DNA from: Candidatus Saccharimonadota bacterium
Lineage (GTDB): Bacteria; Patescibacteriota; Gracilibacteria; BD1-5; UBA2023
Assembly: GCA_046350815.1 (NCBI GenBank)
Contig: JAXLZO010000001.1
Location: forward strand, 540,001-572,000
Direction of reading: 5' to 3'
DNA length: 32,000 bases
A model generated the notes under the pieces. The model had not been told where the DNA came from. It worked only from the letters and a program-made list of their open reading frames with translations, and did not search any database. Made by a program: the position numbers and the translations under genes. Shown here piece after piece: positions 20,146 through 30,601 of this stretch (positions are counted from its first letter, which is position 1; every line of letters starts with the position of its first letter).

Positions 20146-20313
20146 AGTTTGCTTTTGTTTTTTGATTCGGGATGACGATGGTTGAAAAGTGAGAGTCACG
20201 TGTAAGTTTTAAATATCTTACGGTATTTTTTTCTCCACGGCAATTATATGAGCTTGACATTCGATGTTTTCAAAGATTTCTTCGAAAAAGCACGAAAAAA
20301 CTCTGATATTTAC

Positions 20314-20340
20314 TTGCATTTTGACTATATTTTCTATAAT
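20314..20340 (+). promoter_or_regulatory. Possible promoter of the rpsF operon (TTGCAT-15 nt-TATAAT)
   Basis: Perfect -10 at 20335-20340. The spacer is short. Confidence 0.3.
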
Positions 20341-20426
20341 AACTCCTCGAATTTCATCTGAGATTCATTTACTTCCTCCTTTCTAGTTGACTCACTGTCA
20401 TATGAGAAAGGCTTATCCATAGGTCC

Positions 20427-20714
20427 ATGCGTCAATATGAACTCATGATTATCCTCGATCCGAATCTTTCGAATGAGGAAAATACTGCCCTGATCCAAGA
20501 AATCACTGACGAAGTGAAGGCACTCAACGTCGTTGATCTCAAGACAGATCTCTGGGGTGTCCGCGATCTTGCTTATAAGATAAACGGATCATATACTGGT
20601 TACTATCTCCTCCTTACATTTGGTGGTGAAGGTCTTTCATTCTTTGAAGTTATTAAGAACTTCAACCTCAAGAAGGCTATCTGGAGACATATGTTTGTTA
20701 AAATCGACGAATAA
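20427..20714 (+). CDS. rpsF: 30S ribosomal protein S6
   Basis: MRQYELMIILDPNLS...WGVRDLAYKING. Conserved rpsF-ssb-rpsR order. No TGA. Confidence 0.9.
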   Translation: MRQYELMIILDPNLSNEENTALIQEITDEVKALNVVDLKTDLWGVRDLAYKINGSYTGYYLLLTFGGEGLSFFEVIKNFNLKKAIWRHMFVKIDE

Positions 20715-20729
20715 TTCTATTTTTATACT

Positions 20730-21143
20730 ATGCGAACGGTTAATAAAGTTATCCTTATTGGGAATATTACTCGTGATCCTCTCGTGAAGGTCACGGCTGC
20801 TGGTGCTAAGGTTGTTGTTTTTACTCTTGCAACGAATCGTACTTTTACGAATCATCAGGGTGAAATGATGTCTGAAGCAGAGTATTCAAGCTGTGTAGCA
20901 TGGGGTCCTCTTGCAGACCGTGCAGCTGATTTTCTCTCAAAGGGAAAGCTTGTTTACGTTGAGGGTCGTCTCAAGACGAGAACAATCGATAAAGAAGATG
21001 GTTCTCGTCTTCAAAAAACAGAAGTCATCATATCGAATCTTATTTTCCTTTCAAAGCGAGAGGATGCCGATCGCGAAACGGTTCCTGAGGTGGATATTGG
21101 TGAATATGGTGATTTTAGCGATCTTGATTCTGATAAATTCTAA
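20730..21143 (+). CDS. ssb: Single-stranded DNA-binding protein
   Basis: [20 protein letters not shown]...[10 protein letters not shown], acidic tail DLDSDKF. No TGA. Confidence 0.9.
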   Translation: MRTVNKVILIGNITRDPLVKVTAAGAKVVVFTLATNRTFTNHQGEMMSEAEYSSCVAWGPLADRAADFLSKGKLVYVEGRLKTRTIDKEDGSRLQKTEVIISNLIFLSKREDADRETVPEVDIGEYGDFSDLDSDKF

Positions 21144-21154
21144 TTTTTCTTCTT

Positions 21155-21445
21155 ATGTCTCTTCGTCAAAAGAAAGAGTGCCCATTCAAAGCAGAAGGTA
21201 TCACGTCTATTGACTATAAGGATACTGCTACATTGAAAAAGTACCTTACAAAGTTCAATAAGATCGTTCCACGATACTATTCTGGTGTATCTCTCAAGAT
21301 GCAAAAAGAGCTTGCTCGAGCTATCAAGCGCGCTCGATATATGGCTCTCCTCCCATATGTTGTTGACTACCGTGGCCCTATAGCTGCCATTGAGTCTCAC
21401 ACTCTCGTAGTTGAATCAGCTCCAGCTGAAGTTACTGCTGAATAA
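21155..21445 (+). CDS. rpsR: 30S ribosomal protein S18 (with C-terminal extension)
   Basis: [24 protein letters not shown]...[33 protein letters not shown]. No TGA. Confidence 0.9.
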   Translation: MSLRQKKECPFKAEGITSIDYKDTATLKKYLTKFNKIVPRYYSGVSLKMQKELARAIKRARYMALLPYVVDYRGPIAAIESHTLVVESAPAEVTAE

Positions 21446-21449
21446 TAAT

Positions 21450-21471
21450 AAAACCTCCGTATGGAGGTTTT
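21450..21471. terminator. Terminator hairpin AAAACCTCC-GTAT-GGAGGTTTT between convergent genes
   Basis: 9-bp stem followed by a T-rich tract. Lies right after the rpsR stop and right after the recoded SRPBCC stop (21473-21475). Confidence 0.7.
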
Positions 21472-21472
21472 A

Positions 21473-21934
21473 TTATTTGGTCTCAATTGTTTGTGTGAGT
21501 CATTCGGCATAGATACGAAGGTTCTCGAGTATCGCAGACCAACCAGCAATTTGCATCTCATCAGAGTGAATATCTTCTGCATCGAAGATTTCAGTGAGTT
21601 TAATGCCTTCAGGAGTGTCTTCGAGAATTACCTCTACCTGTCGACCCGCATCGAGAAAATATTCTTTCATCTCACCCATGGTATAGACGAGTCGAGTCAT
21701 CGGCTCCACGATATTATATTGAGCGGTGAAATCAAATTGAAAACTTCCATCTTTTGCGGCAAAGGTATTCGTAAAGATGCCACCAACTTTTGGTTCTTCA
21801 CCGAGAGCCTTTGGGCAATGCCAATCAGGAGAAGCAAAACACCAGTGGACAATATGTTCAGGTTTCCAGAAGACTCCCCATACAGTGGAGAGGGGAGTCT
21901 TGATAGTGGTGGAAACAGTGAGTTTGTGAGTCAT
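21473..21934 (-). CDS. SRPBCC / AHSA1-family protein (153 aa)
   Basis: Track ORF 21500-21934 (TIKTPLSTVWGVFWKPEHIVHWCFASPDW...) extends through TGA 21500-21502 to TAA 21473-21475. Confidence 0.75.
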
Positions 21935-21963
21935 ATGTATAAATAAAAAAAGAAAAAGATACT

Positions 21964-22452
21964 CTATGAATTATATGCCTCTTCAATCGCGTCCCATGAG
22001 AGTCGTTTCATATCCATGATTGCTTTCATAAGATGTGCGGTTTTGGCTGTATCACCAGTTCTCATATATTCTGTGAAATTCACTGGGATAAGCTGCCATG
22101 ATACACCGAACTGATCACATACCCATCAGCATTGCTCTGCATCAGGCACTGTCGAGAGTTTGCTGTAATAATGATCAAGCTCTTCCTGGCTCGCACATGG
22201 GATCATCCATGAAGCAGCACAGGAGTGCTGGAAATATGGGCCACCATTGAGTGTGGCAAACTGATTCGATCCAAGAAGATTGAATTCGACGATCATAACG
22301 TCTCATTTCTTTGATCCTGGAACATGAGGATTCGCTTCGTCATAGAGCCCTTTTGTCGTAATCTGAGAATCAGAAAATACAGAGCAGTAGTACTCTGCCA
22401 TATCGAGCGCACGATTATCTGGAGACCAGATACAGGTGGTAATTCGGGACAT
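21964..22452 (-). CDS. VOC (glyoxalase) superfamily protein, PhnB / 3-demethylubiquinone methyltransferase-like domain (162 aa)
   Basis: MSRITTCIWSPDNRALDMAEYY...FATLNGGPYFQHS...EQC[TGA]WVCDQFGVSWQLIP. The CGW..D.FGVSWQ motif is typical of this family. TAG 21964-21966. Confidence 0.75.
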
Positions 22453-22614
22453 ACGATGAAGTTAAGAATCGTGTACATCTAGTGTAGCTCAAATTTAAAA
22501 AATTAAAATGAAAAATATGTTCCAACACAGCAGTATAAGTCTCTTATGAAGACTTTTTGCTTGCAATTATACAAGTCACAATATTATACAAGTATTTTTT
22601 ATATGTAATATAGT

Positions 22615-23064
22615 ATGTTAAACACAAGCAGGCAGAACGAAGGTGTGATGAAAGAAGAGATAATCGATCAAGATTACAATGCTCGATCATGGGAAATACT
22701 CTCTGAATTCATGCAGATGGTCTCTTTGCGTCGCCCACAAACTATAGATTTTCAAGCGTGTGTGGGCATGATATCTCCCTCTGGTATTTGAGTATTAACC
22801 CAGGAAGCAGCGGAGAGAATAGATTTGTTTGTGAAAAGAAACCCGCAATGGAAGATGCAGGTAGCATACCTTATAGCGGAGGTTCGGAAAGGTTCCATTG
22901 ATGATATGCACATACTTGATCTTATTGTGAACCCCTACACAAGTTACTGGGGGAAATCTTCAAGAAATCATATTCTTAGCTCGGTGAATCAAATTCTCAT
23001 AGGAAATGCTCCAGCCTCAGAAAAAATTCAAATATTCGTGAAAAATCCAGAACTTGGTGATTAG
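22615..23064 (+). CDS. Hypothetical protein (149 aa; the start could instead be ATG 22648)
   Basis: Track ORF 22825-23064 extended upstream through one TGA. No motif recognised. Confidence 0.45.
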
Positions 23065-23161
23065 ATAGAAATTCAGAAAGTACGAGAAAGTTATATTTCT
23101 CAATAAGCCAAAGTTAAGCATTATCATTGAAATAATAACAGTTGAACTCATTATAAACGAT

Positions 23162-23189
23162 AAAAAAAGAGCTTAGAATAAAGCTCTTT
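23162..23189 (-). terminator. Rho-independent terminator downstream of tRNA-Thr
   Basis: AAAGAGCTT-AGAATA-AAGCTCTTT, followed on the minus strand by TTTTTTT. Confidence 0.65.
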
Positions 23190-23228
23190 GAGGGTCTTGA
23201 GGACCTTCTAAATAATGAAAATTGAGAA

Positions 23229-23303
23229 TGGAGCCGATAGCGGGAATTGAACCCGCGACCTATCCCTTACCATGGGATTGCTCTACCACTGAGCCATATC
23301 GGC
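23229..23303 (-). tRNA. tRNA-Thr (anticodon GGT), CCA encoded
   Basis: Reverse complement GCCGATATGGCTCAGTGGTAGAGCAATCCCATGGTAAGGGATAGGTCGCGGGTTCAATTCCCGCTATCGGCTCCA folds as a cloverleaf: 7-bp acceptor, GCTC/GAGC D stem, ATCCC/GGGAT anticodon stem with loop AUGGUAA, GCGGG/CCCGC T stem with loop TTCAATT. Confidence 0.92.
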
Positions 23304-23437
23304 GTGAGCGTAACAATGAAGAATGCTATAATGATGATACATCCAGCTATGAGGAATTTTCTCTTCATTTCTGTCTCGAGAGGGAATGCTGCGATGATTG
23401 CAAGAAGCGTAAGGGAGAGTATCCCAAGAATCATCAT
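23267..23437 (-). CDS. Possible 56-aa two-TM micro-protein whose 3' end runs 37 nt into the tRNA-Thr gene
   Basis: MMILGILSLTLLAIIAAFPLETEMKRKFLIAGCIIIIAFFIVTLTPIWLSGRAIPW. Starts 10 nt after the hemW stop. The hydrophobic pattern is convincing, but the overlap with the tRNA is odd. Confidence 0.25.
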   Translation of the reverse strand: MMILGILSLTLLAIIAAFPLETEMKRKFLIAGCIIIIAFFIVTLTPIWLSGRAIPW

Positions 23438-23447
23438 GATTCGTCTC

Positions 23448-24497
23448 TTAAAGCAGTCACAGTATATGGTTTTCCTGGAGAATTCAAGACAAAGTAGGGG
23501 AGATAATCCCATTTTTTTGCTCGATAAGTCAGGCTTGAGAGAGTTCAATAATATGTTCGTGGTCACAAATGCTACCATCAAGATGAAAGGTGCGAAATCC
23601 AAATATGATTTTCTCTTGTTGAATATTTTCCTCTGAGAGATATTCACTTTCATATTCATGGCGATAGTATCCTCGAAAAGAAGACGAGTTGACGATACGA
23701 TCCCTGTCAATGAGACTTGCGGCTGATAGTCCATATCAACGATATCCGTGATGTGTCCAATAATTCTGATTGTGCTTACACTGATATCATGGCTTTGCCC
23801 AGTTTGAGACCTCATAATGTTCATATCCAAGATTCTCCAATGTCTGAGACATGTGAATATACTCATCTGATATGACTTTAGTATCTGGAGAAACAGTCTC
23901 CCATGCCTTTGGGTAGACCCCAGATTCAAGCATATAGACACTGATATGTGGAAGATCAAAAATTTGAGTAAGTAACTCTACATCATGCATGATATCTCGT
24001 GGTTGCATGAGGGGGAGTCCGATAATCAGATCAATGGAAAAATTGGAAAAATACTTCTTCACAAGTGTCAGTCCACGAACAATATCATCTTTGTTAGTGT
24101 GAGTGCGACCAATTTTTTGTAAAATATCATCTCGCAGACTTTGTATGCCTACTGAGATCCGATTAATCCCGAGTTCCCTAAGATCTTGAAGATAGGATTC
24201 GCTGATATCTTCAGGATTGCATTCAAATGATGTTTCTGTATTTTCATCTCTCTCAAAACAATCAAGAATCATCTTAATTTCTTCCTTCGTAAGTACCGAC
24301 GGAGTGCCACCACCAAAATAAATTGTTGATGCTTTGTTTTTTGGTTCTTCGGATGCTTGAATTTCTGCGATGAGAGCCGATAGATATTGTTTTTTTGCGA
24401 GATCTGTGTAGCGATGTGTCATAGCAAACTTACAAAAATGACAACGTTCATGACAGAAGGGAATATGGATGTAGAAATTTTTGCAATGATTTGACAT
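23448..24497 (-). CDS. hemW: Radical SAM HemN-like protein (heme chaperone HemW family), 349 aa
   Basis: YIHIPFCHERCHFCKF (CxxxCxxC), STIYFGGGTPS, ISVGIQS. Track ORF 23787-24497 continues through TGAs to TAA 23448-23450 (walked codon by codon). Confidence 0.85.
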
Positions 24498-24568
24498 TTA
24501 GATATTATAAGGAGCAATAACCATTATTTTGTAAATATATGAATTCTGTAGAATTTGTGTGATCACTG

Positions 24569-24985
24569 ATGGATCGTCTAATGAATGAAAATGAAATTAT
24601 TAATGATATAATTGACCAAGATTTTCGTCGTATTCAGAGGACAATTCCTCAGGATGCCTATGATTCTTGGGCTCAAATTCATAGCAAGATGGGCCGAAAA
24701 AATGTGAGTGCACTCTTGCAAAAGATAGGCAGTAGTGTTCTTGAATTGTTGTGACCAGCCGCTCAACATGGTCTAGCAGATGGTATATATAAGGATGCGT
24801 TACGAAGCATGGAGCATCGTTATGAAGAGCAAGAGATGCAAATTCACACTGAACTTCAGGAAATGTTACTCGAGAGTATACATCACAGAAATACAAAACC
24901 ATATCATAGGAGAATCGTTGCATTGGTGAATGTTCGTGGAAAACTCTACTCTGTACATCATGCATCTTGATATAATAAGAAATAA
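24569..24985 (+). CDS. Hypothetical protein (138 aa) lying between hemW and the relic copy of its 5' end
   Basis: Track ORF 24569-24754 extends through 2 TGA to TAA 24983-24985. Its composition (I/E/D/K/L-rich) matches native genes, unlike the His/Cys-rich antisense ORF 24600-24965. Confidence 0.5.
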
Positions 24986-25010
24986 GTCCTCAGTTAGGGA
25001 TTTTTTTTTA

Positions 25011-25166
25011 TTCCTTGGATGCTTAAATTTTCGCGATCAGAGTCACTCTATATTATTTTTGTGAGATCCGTGTAGCGATATACCATAGCAAGCCTATAAA
25101 AATAACATCATTCGTGATAAAAGTATAGAAGGGATGTATCAATATTTATTAGCTATATTGATACAT
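25011..25166 (-). pseudogene. Decayed duplicate of the first ~155 nt of hemW
   Basis: Aligns by eye to 24344-24497 at roughly three-quarters identity (GGATGCTT.AATTT..GCGAT.AGAG...GAGATC.GTGTAGCGAT...CATAGCAA...AAAAAT.ACA.C.TTC.TGA...GGATGTA). The radical-SAM cysteines are lost and there is an in-frame stop. Confidence 0.6.
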
Positions 25167-25503
25167 CATACAATCTATTCGTTTCAACTTGATTTAGCCA
25201 ATCATGTAACCACTTTGGAATAGTACTTGAGGGAAGGAGGCTATAATTAAAGGTGGCACCACCCTGTCAGCAACTTCAACAAACTTTAGAGAACTCTGCA
25301 AAGTAGAAAATGAAAAGAAGTAACGAAATAACAAGGCTTGTCAAATAGATTTTTCGATTTTGAAATCGTGATCAAAAAATAATTATTATAAGAAATAGAA
25401 GTCCAAAAAGACATCAGAAGAGCGTTAAATTTATATTAATTGCATCTCCACAGACCGCAAGGCATGCTTTTGGATGTTCGATAGCACTAGAAGAAAGTGG
25501 CAT
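25153..25503 (-). CDS. Possible 116-aa membrane protein with two CxxC pairs, visible only with TGA=Gly
   Basis: MPLSSSAIEHPKACLAVCGDA...LFGCLFGLLFLIIIIFG...IYLTSLVISLLLFIFYFAEFSKVCGSCGQGG... 117 codons are free of TAA/TAG in AT-rich DNA, with 4 TGA. No RBS or homology evidence. Confidence 0.3.
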
Positions 25504-25525
25504 ATATGGATTGATAAAATATTGA

Positions 25526-25556
25526 AAATAAATCCTCAAAAAATGAGGATTTATTT
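25526..25556 (-). terminator. Rho-independent terminator of atpC (overlaps its stop codon)
   Basis: AAATAAATCCTCA-AAAAA-TGAGGATTTATTT, 13-bp stem. Confidence 0.65.
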
Positions 25557-25979
25557 CTTTATCGCGAGCATCTCAAGTGCAGATTCTTTGAGAAATTGTG
25601 TCTCGAGATCGATAATTCACTGCATCGTCTCTACACTTCCATCATTTGCATGTTGCAATTTGAGTTCTGCGATCTCTTTTGCCAGCTTTTCTTTTCGCTC
25701 AATGAGCTCCGCTTGGTCAATATTGGATCCGTCATTTGCCATGTCTGCGAGAATCATGAGTTGATCATGTTCAATATGAGCAACTCATTGACCTATTGCA
25801 TAGGAGAGAGAATTCCCATCCTTATCAATCACCTGAAGGATGCAAGGCTCTACAGCAGTCATCAGAGGCTCATGATGAGGAAGAACAGTAATAATTCCTG
25901 ATCTTGTCGTGAAAGTAGCACTACGAATCTTCTCTCCGTTTACAAGACGTGAAGACGAGGATGTGAGGGTGAATTTCAT
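25551..25979 (-). CDS. atpC: F0F1 ATP synthase epsilon subunit (142 aa)
   Basis: Track ORF 25785-25979 (RSGIITVLPHHEPLMTAVEPCIL) continues through 2 TGA to TAA 25551-25553. Lies immediately downstream of atpD. Confidence 0.85.
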
Positions 25980-26000
25980 GGTGATAACTGATCTTAATGA

Positions 26001-27404
<1,404 letters not shown>

Positions 27405-27478
27405 AATGAATGAAGAGAAAACAAAAAAGACAGCAAGAGTATATGGAGACTCGTGAAAAAAGCAAAAAATCAAGAGAA

Positions 27479-27502
27479 ATACCGCCGAGATTTCGGCGGT
27501 AT
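27479..27502 (-). terminator. Rho-independent terminator separating the upstream 138-aa gene from atpD
   Basis: ATACCGCCGA-GATT-TCGGCGGTAT, followed on the minus strand by a T-rich tract. Confidence 0.7.
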
Positions 27503-27520
27503 GACGGGGCGTGCTCTGTG

Positions 27521-27937
27521 CTACAGAGACTCAAGGAGTTTGAGGCAGCGATCAAGAGCTTCCAGTTCGAATCTCTGATTGCTTGTTCTCATCTCCCTGA
27601 AGAACTTCTCACACCTCCAACTTTCGATCTCGTTGATCTGGCTTTGGAGGAGCGCTTTTTCTTCCAGGATTTTATTTGCCACTGCTTTCACGACGTCTGC
27701 TTTTTGAGCAAGCGCCGATTTTACCCGATCCCCCACAGAAGCAGCTGTTTTGCTCTCTAACTGCTTTTTGAGTATCTGCTGGGTAATATTATGAATTTTC
27801 CACCAAGCCTTTAACTCAAATCCATCCTGCAACTCTTTCTCACTCGTGGTGAGTTCTGGGGCTTTTAGCGGATAGACGGGTATCGCTTGACGATACTCTC
27901 TTTTTGAATGGCTTGGTGCAAATATTGCCTGCTGCAT
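27521..27937 (-). CDS. Hypothetical protein (138 aa), predicted helical; no TGA
   Basis: Intact ORF with a strong SD (AAAGGAGAAAAAGAC-ATG) and TAG stop. No recognisable motif. Confidence 0.6.
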   Translation of the reverse strand: MQQAIFAPSHSKREYRQAIPVYPLKAPELTTSEKELQDGFELKAWWKIHNITQQILKKQLESKTAASVGDRVKSALAQKADVVKAVANKILEEKALLQSQINEIESWRCEKFFREMRTSNQRFELEALDRCLKLLESL

Positions 27938-27954
27938 GTCTTTTTCTCCTTTGG

Positions 27955-28003
27955 TTTTGACAAATGCAGATGGATTATTATGAAGAAGTTATTTTTGTCA
28001 AAA
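27955..28003 (-). promoter_or_regulatory. Promoter-like TTGACA plus a 10-bp inverted repeat (possible operator) upstream of the 138-aa gene
   Basis: TTTTGACAAA (27955-64) and TTTGTCAAAA (27994-28003) are reverse complements 29 nt apart. On the minus strand this reads TTGACA-16 nt-AATAAT. Confidence 0.3.
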
Positions 28004-28033
28004 TATTTGAGAAGAGATATATTTGCATTGAAA

Positions 28034-29128
28034 TTACATCTTCCCGAGTATTCCTTCAATCGCTGGAGATGGGTTGGCTGATACTTTGCGTAGAAGTTTG
28101 TAATATATTTCTGAGAATTCCCCAGAGCTATCTCTCTCAAGATCAGCCTCAAAAAGTGCAGAGAAGATGTCAGCAAGTTTGACGAGACTGCCATTTGACT
28201 CTTGCCATGGATGGAGCATTTTGTTCTCCACCTGGCTTGCGAATTGAAAGGTGGAAATAGGTGCTATGAGGTATTCTTGCACCATGCTTGCTTCAATCAT
28301 TTCAATGCTTGCTTCAAGTCATGGGACAGCTTTCTTTGTCGGTGTGATAATATCTCAAGTTATGGCCTCAGGAATATCATGAAAGAGTGCTGTTTCGAGC
28401 ATGTCATCAAGTGTATTGTTATCAATATTTTCATAAATACCGATAAAGTAAGTCATAAAAGCGACTAAAGCAAGATGCCCCAGCACGGAGACGGGATATT
28501 TTCTCGTCATACGATTCCATCGATAACTCGATGCAAGTCTGTGTATGGTGAGGAGATATTTTTCTGGTCAGGTTTGGTTGAGTGGATTGAGATCAAGATA
28601 TTTGAGAAATATAGCATGCTCATCAGTATCAATTCTTGCATGCATAGTCTGGAGTAGTGGACTATATGCATCAGCATATACAAGGCTATTGTGATAGGTC
28701 TCATAGTAGCTTGCCCATGCTTTTGCAAAGTTAATAAGGTGATCTTCCATGGTCGGATCACGATCCTGATAGGTAGCATGAAGATCCTCGAGAATACGTG
28801 AGTGGAGATTATAAGTTTCGAGAGTGTCTATGATTTTCTTATCAAGAGCACGATAGATTTCTGGTGAATTGTTTTTGAGTCTATGCTTAACCTCTGAGCT
28901 TATATCTGAGTAGAGAAAGGTATAGAAACCACCGAACAAAACTCGACGGATGAGTGTCCCTTTGTGGAGCTTAATACCTTCTTTCTCTTCGAGTAACGAA
29001 CTGAGAGTAAGGCAGATGTGTATCACAAATGCAAGATGATCGAGGGTTGTATACGTCTGGAGCCTTGGAAAGGTGTTCCATCGAGTAATGGATATTCATG
29101 AGAGTATGTGAGGGATGAGAGGATTCAT
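28034..29128 (-). CDS. HD-domain phosphohydrolase (YfbR-like module) preceded by a degenerate copy of the same module (364 aa)
   Basis: C-terminal half: SYRWNRMTRKYPVSVLGHLALVAF...ALFHDIPEAITGDIITPTKK. N-terminal half: ITRWNTFPRLQTYTTLDHLAFV...FLYSDISSEV. Track ORFs 28034-28300 and 28568-29026 are in the same frame and are joined by TGA (checked). Confidence 0.75.
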
Positions 29129-29169
29129 ATTGAGAAGTGGTACTGTAGAAGATTTTATAGTATTACTCT

Positions 29170-30513
29170 TTATATATTTTTCCAGTTTTCATGAGATATT
29201 CACCCAAGATATGCTTCTTTTGCTCTTCTTGCGCTCTCTTTCTGATCGACGATGGGAGGATGATATATGCCTGCAAGATTGAGAGTATGTATATCTTTTG
29301 GGCTGATATGTATGAGCTCTGGAATATATTTCTTGATAAATTTTGCTTCACTGTCGAATTTTTCACTCTGAAGGAGGGGATTGAATATGCGGAGTGGTTT
29401 CGGATCGGCACCGACGCTGGCTGACCATTGCCAGTTCCCATTATTCACAGCACTATCGTAGTCGAGAAGATACTTCGCAAAGAACTGTTCTCCCCACCTC
29501 CAGTCAATCAAGCAATTTTTCGTTATAAAAGATGCGACCACCATACGCAAACGATTGTGCATGAAATTGGTTTCTTTGAGTTGGCGGATAGCTGCATCAA
29601 CAAGAGGGTATCCCGTCTCGGCTTGTTCTATCTTTGATTGCAGATATATATCGTTCTCCCAATGAATCCCTCGTCTCTTCTCGAGGAATTCCTGATGGTA
29701 TGTCTCAGGAAAATAATGAGCAATATGGTACCAAAATTCTCTCCAAGCAAGCTCTTGTATGAATTGCGAATTCTGAGAATAGGTGAGTGTGTAGAGGAGT
29801 CTTGGACTCACAAGACCGAATCGTAGATAGGCTGAGAGGCGAGAGGTTCCATCGATTGCTGGAAAGTTTCGTGATTCAGTATAGTTTGCTATACTGCTGA
29901 GTTTTTTGAGTCGATCGTCGAGATATGTGAGTGTATAGTATGGGTGTTTTTCGAGCGCATGAATATCACTCATTGGGACTTCACTCGGAATATGTTCATT
30001 CCATGTTCCCCAATTTGGTGAATCTGGAAATGGTGTCGGTTGTGTTTGTGTGAGTGCCTTTTGCCAGAGCCGAAAGAATGGCGTGAAGACCTTTCGTACT
30101 GGGGCTTCTTCAGGTTCAACAAGAAGAAAATCTTTTACAAGTGTGAATGGTATAGATTGTTCGGTAAGTGATTGCTTGGTTTGTTCATCTCGATACATTC
30201 CATGAGGTGCATAGCTTCTGGATGCGTAGACGTGTCAGACTTTCTCTATTGTACAAATCTCTGGAATAATTTCCCACGGATTTCCACGATATACTCGCAG
30301 TTCACCTCATTGTTCTCTGATTTGTTCTAATAGATGAGTGAGGACTTCGCGTAGAAAAGCAAAGCGAATATCATCTTTTCAGAATTTTTCCTGAGAGGCT
30401 TGATCAAGAATGAATATTGGGAGTACATTTGCCGAAGACTTTAGTGCCTCTATGAGGCCAAGATTATCTTCGAGACGAAGATCTTGGCGAAATATAAAGA
30501 GAGATTTAGACAT
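29170..30513 (-). CDS. phr: Deoxyribodipyrimidine photolyase / cryptochrome family (447 aa)
   Basis: N-terminus SLFIFRQDLRLEDNLGL. C-terminus TSRLSAYLRFG, WREFWYH, GYPLVDAAIRQL..TNFMHNRLRMVVASF, DYDSAVNNGNWQW. ATG 30511-30513. TGA 29200-29202 is read through to TAA 29170-29172. Confidence 0.88.
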
Positions 30514-30601
30514 AGGAGATAGGGAAATCTGTATAAATTCATACTTGGATTCAGGATTTTTGTCCGTGCAGACAATTCAAATCTATGTCACCCAATTTTT
30601 T

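Noticed and set aside
21461-21946. 161-aa plus-strand ORF
   Set aside because: It is antisense to the well-supported SRPBCC gene and begins inside the rpsR terminator.
23267-23959. 230-aa minus-strand ORF
   Set aside because: It is out of frame relative to hemW, whose motifs and continuous table-25 frame occupy 23448-24497. Only its last 56 codons, downstream of hemW, were kept as a low-confidence micro-ORF.
24600-24965. 121-aa minus-strand ORF opposite the 138-aa plus-strand ORF
   Set aside because: Its His/Cys/Phe-rich composition is unlike any native protein here, whereas the plus-strand product has native-like composition. This is not fully excluded, and strand-specific data would decide.
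25474-25901. Plus-strand ORFs 25474-25764 and 25596-25901
   Set aside because: They are antisense to atpC (25551-25979).
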